From Bacteroidota bacterium (GTDB lineage: Bacteria > Bacteroidota > Bacteroidia > Chitinophagales > Saprospiraceae), in assembly GCA_029781095.1 (NCBI GenBank), contig JAKOXM010000302.1:1-63633 (forward strand): a stretch of 63,633 bases of DNA. The letters are read 5' to 3'. The translations under genes were made by a program, and so were the position numbers. Below, piece after piece: positions 19,700 to 30,001 of the stretch (positions are counted from its first letter, which is position 1; each line of letters starts with the position of its first letter). The notes under the pieces were generated by a model. The model worked only from the letters and a program-made list of their open reading frames with translations, was not told the origin of the DNA and ran no database searches.

Positions 19700-21798
19700 C
19701 AGTTATTTACCGGTAAAAACGAATACTCTTTCCCGTAGCGCAGCATTTGCTGCACAAAATCGGTTTCCGTTTCCACTTTTATGTCGGTGATCTTGCCGGA
19801 AGCGTCTTTTACGGGCACGAGTCTGGGTTGTACGAATCCGGAATACGCTTTGGTCGGCAGCGCCGCGTAGCGATCTTTGACCTGCTTCCCGATGGCGGCA
19901 TCGGTCTTGACGCCGTAATTTTCTACCAGATCATGCGCCGCTTTGGAGTCGCCTTCCGATTTGATGCGTTGGATTTCGGAGAGCAGCTGGCCGAACAGCT
20001 CGCGTAGTTTGGCGTAATCGCGTATGTCGTAGTAGGTTTTGCCATTGCGCTCATTTCGCACGATCACGTTGTCCTTTTTACCTTTTTCGAAGGCCCAGGC
20101 TGCCACGAGCTGGCGGTTGCGCATGTGGTCTTCCTCGATATCGGCGCCGGGCGGCAGGCGGCGAAGCTGCTGCAGAAGGCCGTTGCGGATATAGTTGTCG
20201 TATTCCGCCTTGAAGGCATTGGCGTCGGGCATCAGCCCCCACTCCACGAGTTTCGGGTCGGGCATGAAGTAGAGCGCTACCAGATCGGCGCGGCCTTCTT
20301 CAAGGGTGCTGGCATATTGACCAAGGGTAACGTTGGGTTCCGCGACGGTGTCTTTGAGTTTGCCGCTGGCGTGGCCGATCACTTCGTGCAGGGCCGTGTG
20401 CATTTTGCCGCATGCTTCTGCGTACTTTTTTGCGTTTTCAATTTCCTCCGCGTCGTTGGCGAATTCGGCCGTGGCCAGCGCTCCGCCGGCTTTGTTGTAG
20501 GCGTTCTCGATGTTGTTCAGGCTGATGGACTTGGAGCCGTATAGTTCGCGCACCCAGTTGGAATTGGGCAGATTGACGCCGATGGGTGTGCTGGGAGCGC
20601 AGTCACCGCCTTCCATGGCTACATTGATAACGCGGTAGGACACGCCCTGCACGTTTTTCTTTTTATAAGCGGCAGGAATAGTGCTGTTGTCTTCAAAATA
20701 CTGGGCGTTTTTGCTCACAATGGCCATTTTTTCCGTGGCGTCGGGGTCATTGTACTGTACGATGGCTTCCCAGTCGGCTTTGTAGCCTTTAGGGTCGTGA
20801 TAGACCTCAATAAAGCCGTTGATAAAGTCGATGGCGCTTTTGGTATCCTTTACCCATGCCATATTGAATTCGTCGAATTTGCGCAGATCGCCGGATTTGT
20901 AGTATTCCACCAGCAGGCCGATCGCCTTTTTCTGTTGGTCATTTTCGGCAAAGGGAATGGCTTTTTCCAGATTTTCCACGATCCTGGAGATCGCAGCGCC
21001 GTACATATTACCGGCGCCGGCTTTCCAGACCTGTTCGCTGAGCTTTCCCGATTGATCGCCGACGAGTTTGGAGTTCAGACCGAACGACGGCGGGTTGGAT
21101 CCGGCTGCTTTCAGCAGTTTATCGTAATAGGCATCGACCTGTGCGGCCGTGACGCCTTCGTAAAAATTCACCGCGGAGGTTTTCACGACATCCATGGTTT
21201 TGTCCTTGTTGGTCCGCTTTGCCATAAAACCGGGGTCAAAAAGAACCGGATTGAGTTTCACGATCAGTGCATTGGCATCTTCGCCGGCAAGCAGCGGCAG
21301 TTTCTTCGGGTCGGAATTTTGTACCAGGGTGGTGAAGTATTGTTTGGAGAATCCGGGTACGATCTTCAACTCGTTGTAGTGGTGGTGGATACCGTTGCTG
21401 AACCACACCCGCTTGGCATAAGTCTGAAACGCTTTCCAGTCGGCCGAAGCGCGGTCGCCCTTGTAACTGCCGAAAATACCTTCCAGGGTTTTGCGCACCG
21501 TGAGGTTGTATTTGCAATGCTGGTCATAAATGATGTCGCGACCGGCAAGCGTTGCTTCGGAGAGGTAATAGATAAACGTTTTCTGGCGCAGGTCGAGTTT
21601 GTCCCAACCCGGCAGATCGTAGCGGAGTATCTGCAGGTCGGCAAAAGTGTCGAGCAGAATTTTGTCATTATTGGAAAGGGCCGGCGGGGTGGCTGTCTTT
21701 GCAGTTGCGCCCGGTTTGGCAGCTTTCTGATCGCATGAAAGGATCAGCAAAGCGGCTGCGCAGCAAAAAAGCGCAGGGGAAAAAAGAGTATGCTTCAT
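19699..21798 (-). CDS. Peptidase family M49 (dipeptidyl-peptidase III-like), secreted or lipoprotein
   Basis: Zinc motifs HEVIGH and EEGRADL (HExxGH ... EExR(A/K)(E/D)). The signal peptide carries LILSC. Confidence 0.75.
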   Translation of the reverse strand: MKHTLFSPALFCCAAALLILSCDQKAAKPGATAKTATPPALSNNDKILLDTFADLQILRYDLPGWDKLDLRQKTFIYYLSEATLAGRDIIYDQHCKYNLTVRKTLEGIFGSYKGDRASADWKAFQTYAKRVWFSNGIHHHYNELKIVPGFSKQYFTTLVQNSDPKKLPLLAGEDANALIVKLNPVLFDPGFMAKRTNKDKTMDVVKTSAVNFYEGVTAAQVDAYYDKLLKAAGSNPPSFGLNSKLVGDQSGKLSEQVWKAGAGNMYGAAISRIVENLEKAIPFAENDQQKKAIGLLVEYYKSGDLRKFDEFNMAWVKDTKSAIDFINGFIEVYHDPKGYKADWEAIVQYNDPDATEKMAIVSKNAQYFEDNSTIPAAYKKKNVQGVSYRVINVAMEGGDCAPSTPIGVNLPNSNWVRELYGSKSISLNNIENAYNKAGGALATAEFANDAEEIENAKKYAEACGKMHTALHEVIGHASGKLKDTVAEPNVTLGQYASTLEEGRADLVALYFMPDPKLVEWGLMPDANAFKAEYDNYIRNGLLQQLRRLPPGADIEEDHMRNRQLVAAWAFEKGKKDNVIVRNERNGKTYYDIRDYAKLRELFGQLLSEIQRIKSEGDSKAAHDLVENYGVKTDAAIGKQVKDRYAALPTKAYSGFVQPRLVPVKDASGKITDIKVETETDFVQQMLRYGKEYSFLPVNN

Positions 21799-21843
21799 CG
21801 TGTAAAAGAATGATTTACAATTATTTGGAAAAGGAAAAAAACC

Positions 21844-22338
21844 TTACTTTTTCACAAGTTCGTTCAGTTGTTTGAACATATCCTGGATATTGGAGTCCAC
21901 AGGACGGTCTTTTTCGCCCCAGCTGATACGATTGACCGAGTCGCCGCTCAACACCTCGATGAAACTGTAGGTATTCCCGGGATGCTGAAATTCGAGTGTT
22001 GCGAGCCCGAGGGATTCCATCAGTTCATACATCGCTTTCGCTTTTTTGGGCTTGGTGGCGGTTGTTTCGGTGAGTTTGCCGCCTGTTTCACGCATAAAGA
22101 TCTGCCCGTTGTCGAGCAGTGAGTAGGTGGTCTCTTTCCCTACATAACCACCTCCGCTTCCCCAGCGCAACTGGTGGTCGGGCAGGTTTTCGTTGGTATA
22201 TTGGGTTTGTTTACAGGCTAAAAAGAGAAAAAATGTGGCAAGACATGTGGGTACAAGAAGAGTTGCTTTCACGGAGTGCAGATATTTGAGTGGTGTATAA
22301 ATCGGTTTCCGGTAACAAAAATAGGTGAGTGCGGGCAT
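21844..22338 (-). CDS. Hypothetical lipoprotein
   Basis: An internal GTG at 22272 gives VKATLLVPTCLATFFLFLAC, a lipobox signal. The true start is probably there. Confidence 0.45.
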   Translation of the reverse strand: MPALTYFCYRKPIYTPLKYLHSVKATLLVPTCLATFFLFLACKQTQYTNENLPDHQLRWGSGGGYVGKETTYSLLDNGQIFMRETGGKLTETTATKPKKAKAMYELMESLGLATLEFQHPGNTYSFIEVLSGDSVNRISWGEKDRPVDSNIQDMFKQLNELVKK

Positions 22339-22473
22339 TTTATGGAAAACAAAATCCGCCGCATCGTCGGGATGCGGCGGATCGTGGATGAAATCCGGCC
22401 ATTACCGAATTGGTTTTGCCCGTCAGGCGCAGCGCTTTTCTGCATACCCGGTCAGACAAAGCGGCGGCCCCGG

Positions 22474-24099
22474 TCAGGCATTCAGCAGGACTTTTGGCGC
22501 GGCGGCCAGAATTTCCGCTTTGGCCTGGTCGGCGTATTTCGAAAAGTTATTGACAAACTCTTTCGCCAGGTGGTTGGCCATTTTGTCGTATGCGCTTTTG
22601 TCCGCCCAGGTGTTGCGCGGATTGAGCATTTCCGAAGGCACTCCCGGGCATGAGCTCGGGATACTCAGATCGAACACTTCATGGTTGTCGAAAGACACCT
22701 GGTCGAGTTCGCCGTTGAGCGCAGCCGTGATCATGGCGCGGGTAAAAGGCAGTTTGATACGGCTGCCGGTACCGTAGGCGCCGCCACTCCAGCCGGTGTT
22801 GATGAGCCACACTTTCGCCCTGCTTCTGCGCAGTTTTTTGCCAAGCACGTCGGCATATCTGGCAGGGTGCAGCGGTAGAAACGGCGCGCCAAAGCAAGCG
22901 GAAAAGGTCGATTTCGGCTCTTTTACACCTACTTCCGTGCCTGCAACACGAGCGGTATAACCACTGATAAAGTAATACATGGCCTGCTCGGGCGTAAGGC
23001 GCGAGATGGGCGGCAGCACGCCATAGGCATCGCAGGTGAGGAAGAAAATGTTTTTCGGGTCTCCCTCCGCGCGGCTGGGCGACACCGCATTGCCGATGTG
23101 GTGTATCGGGTACGACACACGGGTGTTCTCGGTAACGCTCCTGTCGGAAAAGTCCACCGTCCGGGTGCCGGGGTAAAATTTGATATTTTCGAGGATGGCT
23201 CCGTGTCGGATGGCGCGGAAAATATCGGGCTCTTTCTCTTCCGTCAGGTCGATGGTTTTGGCGTAGCAGCCGCCTTCGAAGTTGAAAACCTCGTTTTCGC
23301 CCCAGGCGTGTTCGTCGTCTCCGATCAGCGGGCGGTTGGGGTCGGCGCTGAGCGTCGTTTTGCCGGTGCCCGACAGGCCGAAAAACAGGGCGATATCGCC
23401 GTTTTTACCCACGTTGGCGGAGCAGTGCATAGGCAACGCATCCTTGGCGCGGGTGGGCAATACGAAGTTGATGACCGAGAAAATGCCTTTTTTGATCTCG
23501 CCGGTGTAACCGGTTCCGCCGATCAGGAGCCGGCGTTTTTTGACATTTACAATGGCAAAATTGTGCTGGCGCGTGCCGTCTTCCGCCGGGTTGGCCCTGA
23601 AACCGGGAACGCACAATACTGTCCAGCGCGGTTCGAAGTGCTCCAGTTCGTCGTGGTAGGGACGCAGAAACATGTTGTAAGCAAACTGGTTGCTCCACGG
23701 GAACTCGGTCACAATGCGGGCGCGAAGGTGATAATCGGGGTTGGCGCTGGCGTTGGCGCGCACATCGCGGACATATACATCCTTCTTTTTCAGGTAGTTG
23801 CAGCACTTTCGCCAGAGCTTGTCGAATTTGCGGCTTTCGAAGGGAAGGTTGACTTTTCCCCAGTTTACCTTGTTGGCAGTTTCGCTGTCCTTTACAATAA
23901 AGCGGTCTTCCGGCGATCGGCCGGTAAACTCTCCGGTGTGGATGACCAGTGCGCCGCTATCGGCCAACTGGCCCATTCCCTTGCATACGGAGTGTTCGAC
24001 AAGTTCTTCGGGCGTGAGATTCCAGTAGGCGGTTTTCCAGTTTTTGAGTCCGATTTCTTCCAGGTTTGCAGACGGGTTCCTGAGTCCGATTTCTTGCAT
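22474..24099 (-). CDS. pckA: Phosphoenolpyruvate carboxykinase (ATP)
   Basis: Kinase-1a loop FFGLSGTGKTTLS, IGDDEHAW, and full-length colinearity with the ATP-PEPCK family by eye. Confidence 0.95.
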   Translation of the reverse strand: MQEIGLRNPSANLEEIGLKNWKTAYWNLTPEELVEHSVCKGMGQLADSGALVIHTGEFTGRSPEDRFIVKDSETANKVNWGKVNLPFESRKFDKLWRKCCNYLKKKDVYVRDVRANASANPDYHLRARIVTEFPWSNQFAYNMFLRPYHDELEHFEPRWTVLCVPGFRANPAEDGTRQHNFAIVNVKKRRLLIGGTGYTGEIKKGIFSVINFVLPTRAKDALPMHCSANVGKNGDIALFFGLSGTGKTTLSADPNRPLIGDDEHAWGENEVFNFEGGCYAKTIDLTEEKEPDIFRAIRHGAILENIKFYPGTRTVDFSDRSVTENTRVSYPIHHIGNAVSPSRAEGDPKNIFFLTCDAYGVLPPISRLTPEQAMYYFISGYTARVAGTEVGVKEPKSTFSACFGAPFLPLHPARYADVLGKKLRRSRAKVWLINTGWSGGAYGTGSRIKLPFTRAMITAALNGELDQVSFDNHEVFDLSIPSSCPGVPSEMLNPRNTWADKSAYDKMANHLAKEFVNNFSKYADQAKAEILAAAPKVLLNA

Positions 24100-24258
24100 A
24101 AATTTAGTTTTAACTGGTTAGGCGAATAGCAGATATACGTGCCGTTGGGTGCGGATATTTCATGAAGAAATGGTGGTGGTCGCAACGGCGCGGCAAAGAT
24201 ACGGCAGGGCATTCATTTTCCGGTCGGGGCCCGGAAGTTTTAGAATTGATCCAAAAAC

Positions 24259-25017
24259 CTACAACTCGAAGTTCGGCGACAGTTTTTCCACCCGGTCGCC
24301 TGCGTAGAAATGATTGATATACTGCGCAACCTCATCCGGATCGTCGGTGATAAAAAACAAATCGAGGTCATCGGCGCCGACGTTGTGGTGGCGTTCGAGC
24401 ATGACTTCGATGATCCAGTGCTTCAGCCCTTCCCAAAATTCTTTGCCGACCAGTACGATCGGCACGGGTGTGATCTTTTTGGTCTGTACCAGCGTAAGCA
24501 CTTCGAACATCTCGTCGAGGGTGCCGAAGCCGCCGGGCATGACGACAAATCCCTGCGCGTATTTGACAAACATGACCTTGCGCACGAAGAAATACCTGTG
24601 TTTGAGGTTGTTATCGGGAGAAATGAAGGTATTGTGGTTTTGCTCGAAAGGCAGGTCGATGTTCAGTCCGACCGAAGGGCCGCCTTTCATCCAGGCGCCT
24701 TTGTTGCCTGCTTCCATGATGCCGGGACCGCCGCCTGTGATAATACCGTAGCCTTCTTCCGTAAGTCGGCTGGCTATTTTGACAGCCAGTTCGTAGTAAT
24801 GCGTGCCGGGTTTGGTCCTTGCCGAACCGAATATGGAGATACAGGGCCCGATTTTGTTGAGGGTCTCAAATCCATCTACAAACTCCGCCATGACTTTAAA
24901 CATCGTCCAGGCATTCTCGCCGCGCATCTTGCTCCATTTCTTCATTTTATGGGGTGCTTCGCCGTTCTCCTGCGATTTAAAGGCGGCTCCGTTCTCTTCT
25001 TTTTCCTGATTAATCAT
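24259..25017 (-). CDS. LOG family protein (TIGR00730 Rossmann fold; nucleotide 5'-monophosphate nucleosidase-like)
   Basis: Signature motifs GGGPGIMEAGNKGA and PGGFGTLDEMFE. Confidence 0.85.
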   Translation of the reverse strand: MINQEKEENGAAFKSQENGEAPHKMKKWSKMRGENAWTMFKVMAEFVDGFETLNKIGPCISIFGSARTKPGTHYYELAVKIASRLTEEGYGIITGGGPGIMEAGNKGAWMKGGPSVGLNIDLPFEQNHNTFISPDNNLKHRYFFVRKVMFVKYAQGFVVMPGGFGTLDEMFEVLTLVQTKKITPVPIVLVGKEFWEGLKHWIIEVMLERHHNVGADDLDLFFITDDPDEVAQYINHFYAGDRVEKLSPNFEL

Positions 25018-25254
25018 ACTTTATAAATTAAAATGGTGAGGACAAAAGAGCCTTTCCGAATGCATCGGAAAGGCTCTCGTGTTTTGCGGTTGCAAAGTTT
25101 TATCTAAAATATTGAGAAAATCAACCTTTTGAAAGCAAAATTATTACAAGTCTTGTGTCATATAACCAAATTTTGCATCAATAAAGCAGATATGTTCGTT
25201 TGAACATAAGCAAACCCGAATCAAACATTATATTCATATCAAGACTTTCCCAAG

Positions 25255-26880
25255 ATGAAAAGATCAACGCTCCTACTTGCCGCTTTTATGCTTTCCTGTT
25301 TTGCCGCAACCGCACAAACCATTCCTGCCCGAACGGTCACGGTGTTCAAAAACAACCAGTCGCTCATTTTCAAATCCGGAAAAGTACCCGTCATTAACGG
25401 CCGGTACGAAACCAAAGAACTGCCGGATGCACTGTTCGGCACGTTCTGGGTTACTTCTCCCACCGGCGACCTCGGTTCCGTGTTTTCACACCAGGATTCG
25501 GTGGAGGTGAAAGAAAAAGACAATGACAACGTAGCCTTGTTACAGGCTAATCTGGGGAAAAACGTTACAATCCGGCTTAATGTCGGCCCCGGTTCAGTGC
25601 CTGATATCATAAGGGGATCGGTTGCGAAGGTCGAAAAACTGTCTTCACAACCGGGCTATTCCGGCAGTTATGCTACTTACCGGGTATACATTCAGGAGGC
25701 AATAACAGGCAATTGGGTAACCTTCAATTCCACACAAATTGCCCGGATCGATTTTTCTGAAAAACCGGTGTTCGACTTCGAATCCAAAACGCTTTATAAA
25801 AAGACCGAAGAAACGCTTACCCTGAATTTTAAAAATAACAACCCCGAACAGGAGATCGGCATGCTTTATCTGACCGGCAACCTCGGCTGGACACCGGTGT
25901 ACAGCCTCATCCTGGCCAATAAGGGTAAAAGCCGCCTCAGCCTGCGCGCCGAGATCGCCAATGACGCCGAAGACCTCGGCGATGCCGAACTGCGCCTTGC
26001 GGTGGGCAACCCGAATTTTACTTTCGCCAATCGCCCCGACTGGCTGGTAAATTTCTCCAGACAATGGCTTATGCCATACCAGGGGAACGCCTATAATTTG
26101 ATCAATGCTCAGCAAAATTTGCTATCATCCAACTACAGGCAGTCGAATTCATATGACTACCTCGACGAGGCGGTGGTGACGGCCCAGGGTGAAAATTTCG
26201 AAGGCGCCCAGGCCGAAGATTTCTTTTTCTACACCGTCCGGCCCGGCAATTTTCCCAAAAACAGCCGCTATCAGTTCCCGATCTTCGACGCCGAGGTAGA
26301 ACCTGTGCATTTTTACGAATGCAAACTTCCCGACGCAGGCCCTACCAGTATCGGAGCCTATTATGATCAGCGTCCCAATCCGAACGAACCGCAAAACCCG
26401 GTGTCGCATTATGTGGAATTTACCAACCCCACCCAATATCCCTTCACAACCGGTGTTGCAAATATCACATCGCAGTCAGGCGGTATTACCTATCCGCTTA
26501 GTCAGGACAAACTGCCTTATACGCCGCCGTCTGCCAAATGCAAGGTAAAAATTGCACAAACGCCCGAAATAAAAGTAACCCACGGCGAAGGCGACGTGGA
26601 GCGCAAGGAAAATACCTTCATGTTTTTCAGCCGAAGCTATGATGAAATAAAAGTGGAAGGGCAGGTATGTGTCGTCAACTATAAAAAAGAACCGGTCAGG
26701 CTGAAAATCAAACGAAGCATAGAGGGCTCGCCGCTTTCTTCCGAGGGGAAATGGACGACTACGCAGGAACAGGCTACCTTGCGTGTCAACCCTTCCTATG
26801 AAGTAGAATGGGAGATCGAACTGAAGCCCGGAGAAGAGAAAAAATGGAAGTACACTTATAAGGTTTATGTCAATCTTTAA
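25255..26880 (+). CDS. Secreted DUF4139-like protein
   Basis: Signal peptide MKRSTLLLAAFMLSCFAATAQ. The central pattern LTGNLGWTPVYSLIL...LRAEIANDAEDLGDAELRLAVGNPNF resembles the DUF4139 core (W-P-Y ... N-x-(S/T)GEDW ... L-V-A-G). Confidence 0.45.
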   Translation: MKRSTLLLAAFMLSCFAATAQTIPARTVTVFKNNQSLIFKSGKVPVINGRYETKELPDALFGTFWVTSPTGDLGSVFSHQDSVEVKEKDNDNVALLQANLGKNVTIRLNVGPGSVPDIIRGSVAKVEKLSSQPGYSGSYATYRVYIQEAITGNWVTFNSTQIARIDFSEKPVFDFESKTLYKKTEETLTLNFKNNNPEQEIGMLYLTGNLGWTPVYSLILANKGKSRLSLRAEIANDAEDLGDAELRLAVGNPNFTFANRPDWLVNFSRQWLMPYQGNAYNLINAQQNLLSSNYRQSNSYDYLDEAVVTAQGENFEGAQAEDFFFYTVRPGNFPKNSRYQFPIFDAEVEPVHFYECKLPDAGPTSIGAYYDQRPNPNEPQNPVSHYVEFTNPTQYPFTTGVANITSQSGGITYPLSQDKLPYTPPSAKCKVKIAQTPEIKVTHGEGDVERKENTFMFFSRSYDEIKVEGQVCVVNYKKEPVRLKIKRSIEGSPLSSEGKWTTTQEQATLRVNPSYEVEWEIELKPGEEKKWKYTYKVYVNL

Positions 26881-27632
26881 TGACGTCTATGCAGCTGTAC
26901 GGACTCATCGGCTACCCGCTCGGGCATTCATTTTCCAAAAAGTATTTTTCGGAAAAGTTTGCCCGGGAAGGTATCGACGATGCGCAGTTTGAACTGTTTC
27001 CGCTTCCGGATATCGCCGGCCTGCCCGGTCTGTTGTCGGCGCACCCGTCGCTTCGGGGGCTCAGCGTCACGATTCCGCACAAGCAAACCGTTATTCCATT
27101 TCTCGATGTCCTCGATGAAACGGCACAGGCCGTCGGGGCCGTCAATTGTATTAAAATTGAACCGGGGCAACTCAGGGGCTATAATACCGACGTTATCGGT
27201 TTTGAGCAATCTTTGGCGACGATAGCCCCGGAACAGTGGACAGCGGACGGTGGAGCGGCGATTGTCCTGGGTACCGGCGGCGCATCGAGGGCCGTGGCGT
27301 ATGTACTGAAAAAGCGGGGTATCCCGTTCCGGTTCGTTTCCCGGAATCCGGCAGGTGACAACAGCATGTCGTACGATGATTTTCATCACCTTTCGACCAG
27401 TCAATATAGCCTGATCGTTAATACAACGCCCGTAGGGACCTTTCCTGACGCAGACAATTGCCCCGAGGTGCCGTTCGAGCGACTGACGCCCAAACATTTA
27501 GTATACGACCTCATATACAATCCTTCCGAAACACTACTTTTGCAGCGTGCCAGAGCGCAGGGTTGCTTCGTAAAGAACGGACTGGAAATGTTGCATTTGC
27601 AGGCGGAAGCAAACTGGAGGATCTGGCAGTAA
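26880..27632 (+). CDS. aroE: Shikimate dehydrogenase
   Basis: YGLIGYPLGHSFSKKYF, SVTIPHK, NTD, and the NADP site GTGGASRAV. The ATG overlaps the preceding TAA (taATG). Confidence 0.85.
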   Translation: MTSMQLYGLIGYPLGHSFSKKYFSEKFAREGIDDAQFELFPLPDIAGLPGLLSAHPSLRGLSVTIPHKQTVIPFLDVLDETAQAVGAVNCIKIEPGQLRGYNTDVIGFEQSLATIAPEQWTADGGAAIVLGTGGASRAVAYVLKKRGIPFRFVSRNPAGDNSMSYDDFHHLSTSQYSLIVNTTPVGTFPDADNCPEVPFERLTPKHLVYDLIYNPSETLLLQRARAQGCFVKNGLEMLHLQAEANWRIWQ

Positions 27633-27641
27633 AAACCATCG

Positions 27642-28844
27642 ATGACTGCCCTGTCCGAATCGAAACCGAATATGCCGATAGTTGATTTTTCAAACACGGA
27701 AATTGCTTTTTCGCATCTCACCGATCGCGAATTGAAAAAATCTGCCTGGTTGTTCAACATGATGAGCAAACCCTGGCTGGTAAAATACGGCTCCCAACTC
27801 GCGTTGTGGGCCGTGGAAAACGGACTGCCTTTTGCCGAAATGATCGTCAAAAAAACCGTTTTTGAACAATTTGTAGGCGGAAGCACCCTGCTCGACAGCC
27901 AGCGGAAAATAGACAAACTGGCCGAACACAACGTGCTGACCATACTCGACTACGGTGCGGAAGCCAAGGAAACGGAGACCGATTTCAACCATACGATGAA
28001 CGAGAATATCCGTGCCATCGACTTTGCTTCGCGTTCGAAACACATTCCGGTGGTAAGTACCAAGGTTACCGGTCTGGCGCGCTTTCATTTGCTCGAAAAA
28101 GTGCAGCACCGGCCCACCCTCACGCGCGAAGAACTCAGCGAATACCGAAACGTCCTGAAAAGAATAGACGCCGTCTGTTACCACGCCGCCAACAAGGGCG
28201 TGGCCGTTTTTATCGATGCCGAAGAGAGCTGGATACAGGATACGATCGACCACCTCGTGTGGCTGATGATGAAGCGCTACAACAAGAAGCGCGTGGTTGT
28301 GTACAACACCTTCCAGATGTACCGGAAAGACCGCCTGCAGTTTCTTATCGACAGCTACGACCGCGCCCGGAAAGCCGGTTTTTTACTCGGCGCCAAACTG
28401 GTGCGCGGCGCCTATATGGAAAAAGAAGCCTTCTATGCCGCTTCCTACGGCAATGAAAACCCGATCAACCCGGATAAAAACGCAACCGACGATCATTACA
28501 ATACCGCTTTGCGCTTTTGTATCGATCACCTGGATTCGCTCGCTTTTTGCAATGCCAGCCACAACGTCGACAGCGCCGCCCTGCAGGTTGATCTTATGGA
28601 AAAAAAGGGTATTGCGCACGATCACCCGAATACCATGTGCAGCCAGCTGTTCGGCATGAGCGACAACCTCACGTTCAACCTCGCCGCCGCGGGGTTCCGG
28701 GTGAGCAAATACGTGCCTTACGGACAGGTCAGGGAAGTGATACCATACCTGATCCGGCGCGCGCAGGAAAACACCACCGTCACGGGCGATGCGGGCCGCG
28801 AACTATCCTTTATTATGCAGGAAGTGAAGCGCCGGGGCCTTTGA
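27642..28844 (+). CDS. Proline dehydrogenase (monofunctional PutA-type)
   Basis: LVRGAYMEKE, QLFGMSDNLTFNLA and YVPYGQVREVIPYLIRRAQENT are typical of the proline dehydrogenase TIM barrel. Confidence 0.8.
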   Translation: MTALSESKPNMPIVDFSNTEIAFSHLTDRELKKSAWLFNMMSKPWLVKYGSQLALWAVENGLPFAEMIVKKTVFEQFVGGSTLLDSQRKIDKLAEHNVLTILDYGAEAKETETDFNHTMNENIRAIDFASRSKHIPVVSTKVTGLARFHLLEKVQHRPTLTREELSEYRNVLKRIDAVCYHAANKGVAVFIDAEESWIQDTIDHLVWLMMKRYNKKRVVVYNTFQMYRKDRLQFLIDSYDRARKAGFLLGAKLVRGAYMEKEAFYAASYGNENPINPDKNATDDHYNTALRFCIDHLDSLAFCNASHNVDSAALQVDLMEKKGIAHDHPNTMCSQLFGMSDNLTFNLAAAGFRVSKYVPYGQVREVIPYLIRRAQENTTVTGDAGRELSFIMQEVKRRGL

Positions 28845-28866
28845 CAAAAAGGCCGGCAATTGTCTT

Positions 28867-29937
28867 TTATACGATGCGGCTTTCTTTGGCAGACAGCGAA
28901 TGCGCCGACTTCCGGAACGCCTTGTAAACGCCTTTTCCGAAGCTGGAACCACTGAATACCTCCGTTTTTGCGCGCTCTTTTTGCGCTTCGGCCGGCAGCT
29001 GACGGAAATCACGGCATTTGTCGGAACAACAACCTTCGTATTTCTCCCGGCATTCGTCGCACTGAATAAAGAGAATATGGCAATAGTCGTTGGCGCAGTT
29101 GGTGTGCGAGTCGGCCGGCCGACCACACTGGTGGCAGTGGGCGATCACATCCGGGCCAATCCGTTCGCCAAGCCGCTCGTCGAAGACGAAATTTTTTCCT
29201 AAAAACTTGTTTTTCAGGCTTTTGGCCTGCACTTGCCGGGCGTATTCGATAATGCCGCCTTCCAGCTGAAATACGTTGTCAAAACCCCGGTATTTGAGGT
29301 AAGCGCTCGCTTTTTCGCAGCGGATTCCGCCGGTACAGTACATCAGGATATTTTTGTCTTTCCGGTCGGCCAGCATGTCGGCCACCAGGGGCAGCTCTTC
29401 CCGGAAAGTGGCTACATCGGGGGTGATGGCGGATTCAAAATGCCCGACTTCGCTTTCGTAGTGGTTGCGCATGTCCACCACGATGGTATCGGGCGATTCG
29501 GAAAGGCGGTTCCATGCTTCGGCGTCGAGGTGAATACCGGTTTGCGACGGGTCGAAGGCCGGATCGTCGATGCCGTCGGCCACAATTTTGTCGCGGACCT
29601 TGATAATGAGCGTGAAAAACGATTTTCCGTCGTCGTCTACGGCGATATTGAGGCGAAGGTTTCTGAAAAAAGGAATTTCGTCCATCGCGGCTTTGAAGGC
29701 TTCAAAACCGGACGCCGGCACGGAAATCTGTGCATTGACGCCCTCGCCGGCCACGTAAATACGGCCCAGAACGCCGAGGTTTTGGTACATTACATACAAC
29801 TCGTCGCGGAATTGCTGCGGATCGGCGAGTTGAACATATTTGTAATAGGAAAGCGTGATGCGGGGTTCGTTGCTCCGGCGCAGCCGTTCCTTGAGCTCGC
29901 GCCGGTTGACCCGGTTGTGAAGATGTTTGCCCATCAT
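28867..29937 (-). CDS. trhO: Rhodanese-domain tRNA uridine(34) hydroxylase (UPF0176/YceA family)
   Basis: Rhodanese active-site loop [13 protein letters not shown] and a C-terminal Cys cluster CHQCGRP...CANDYC...CDEC. Confidence 0.8.
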   Translation of the reverse strand: MMGKHLHNRVNRRELKERLRRSNEPRITLSYYKYVQLADPQQFRDELYVMYQNLGVLGRIYVAGEGVNAQISVPASGFEAFKAAMDEIPFFRNLRLNIAVDDDGKSFFTLIIKVRDKIVADGIDDPAFDPSQTGIHLDAEAWNRLSESPDTIVVDMRNHYESEVGHFESAITPDVATFREELPLVADMLADRKDKNILMYCTGGIRCEKASAYLKYRGFDNVFQLEGGIIEYARQVQAKSLKNKFLGKNFVFDERLGERIGPDVIAHCHQCGRPADSHTNCANDYCHILFIQCDECREKYEGCCSDKCRDFRQLPAEAQKERAKTEVFSGSSFGKGVYKAFRKSAHSLSAKESRIV

Positions 29938-30001
29938 GATATAGGTCCGTTTGCAATACGGATGGCGGACGCAAAAGTAGACATTGCCGCCAAATTCGGG
30001 T

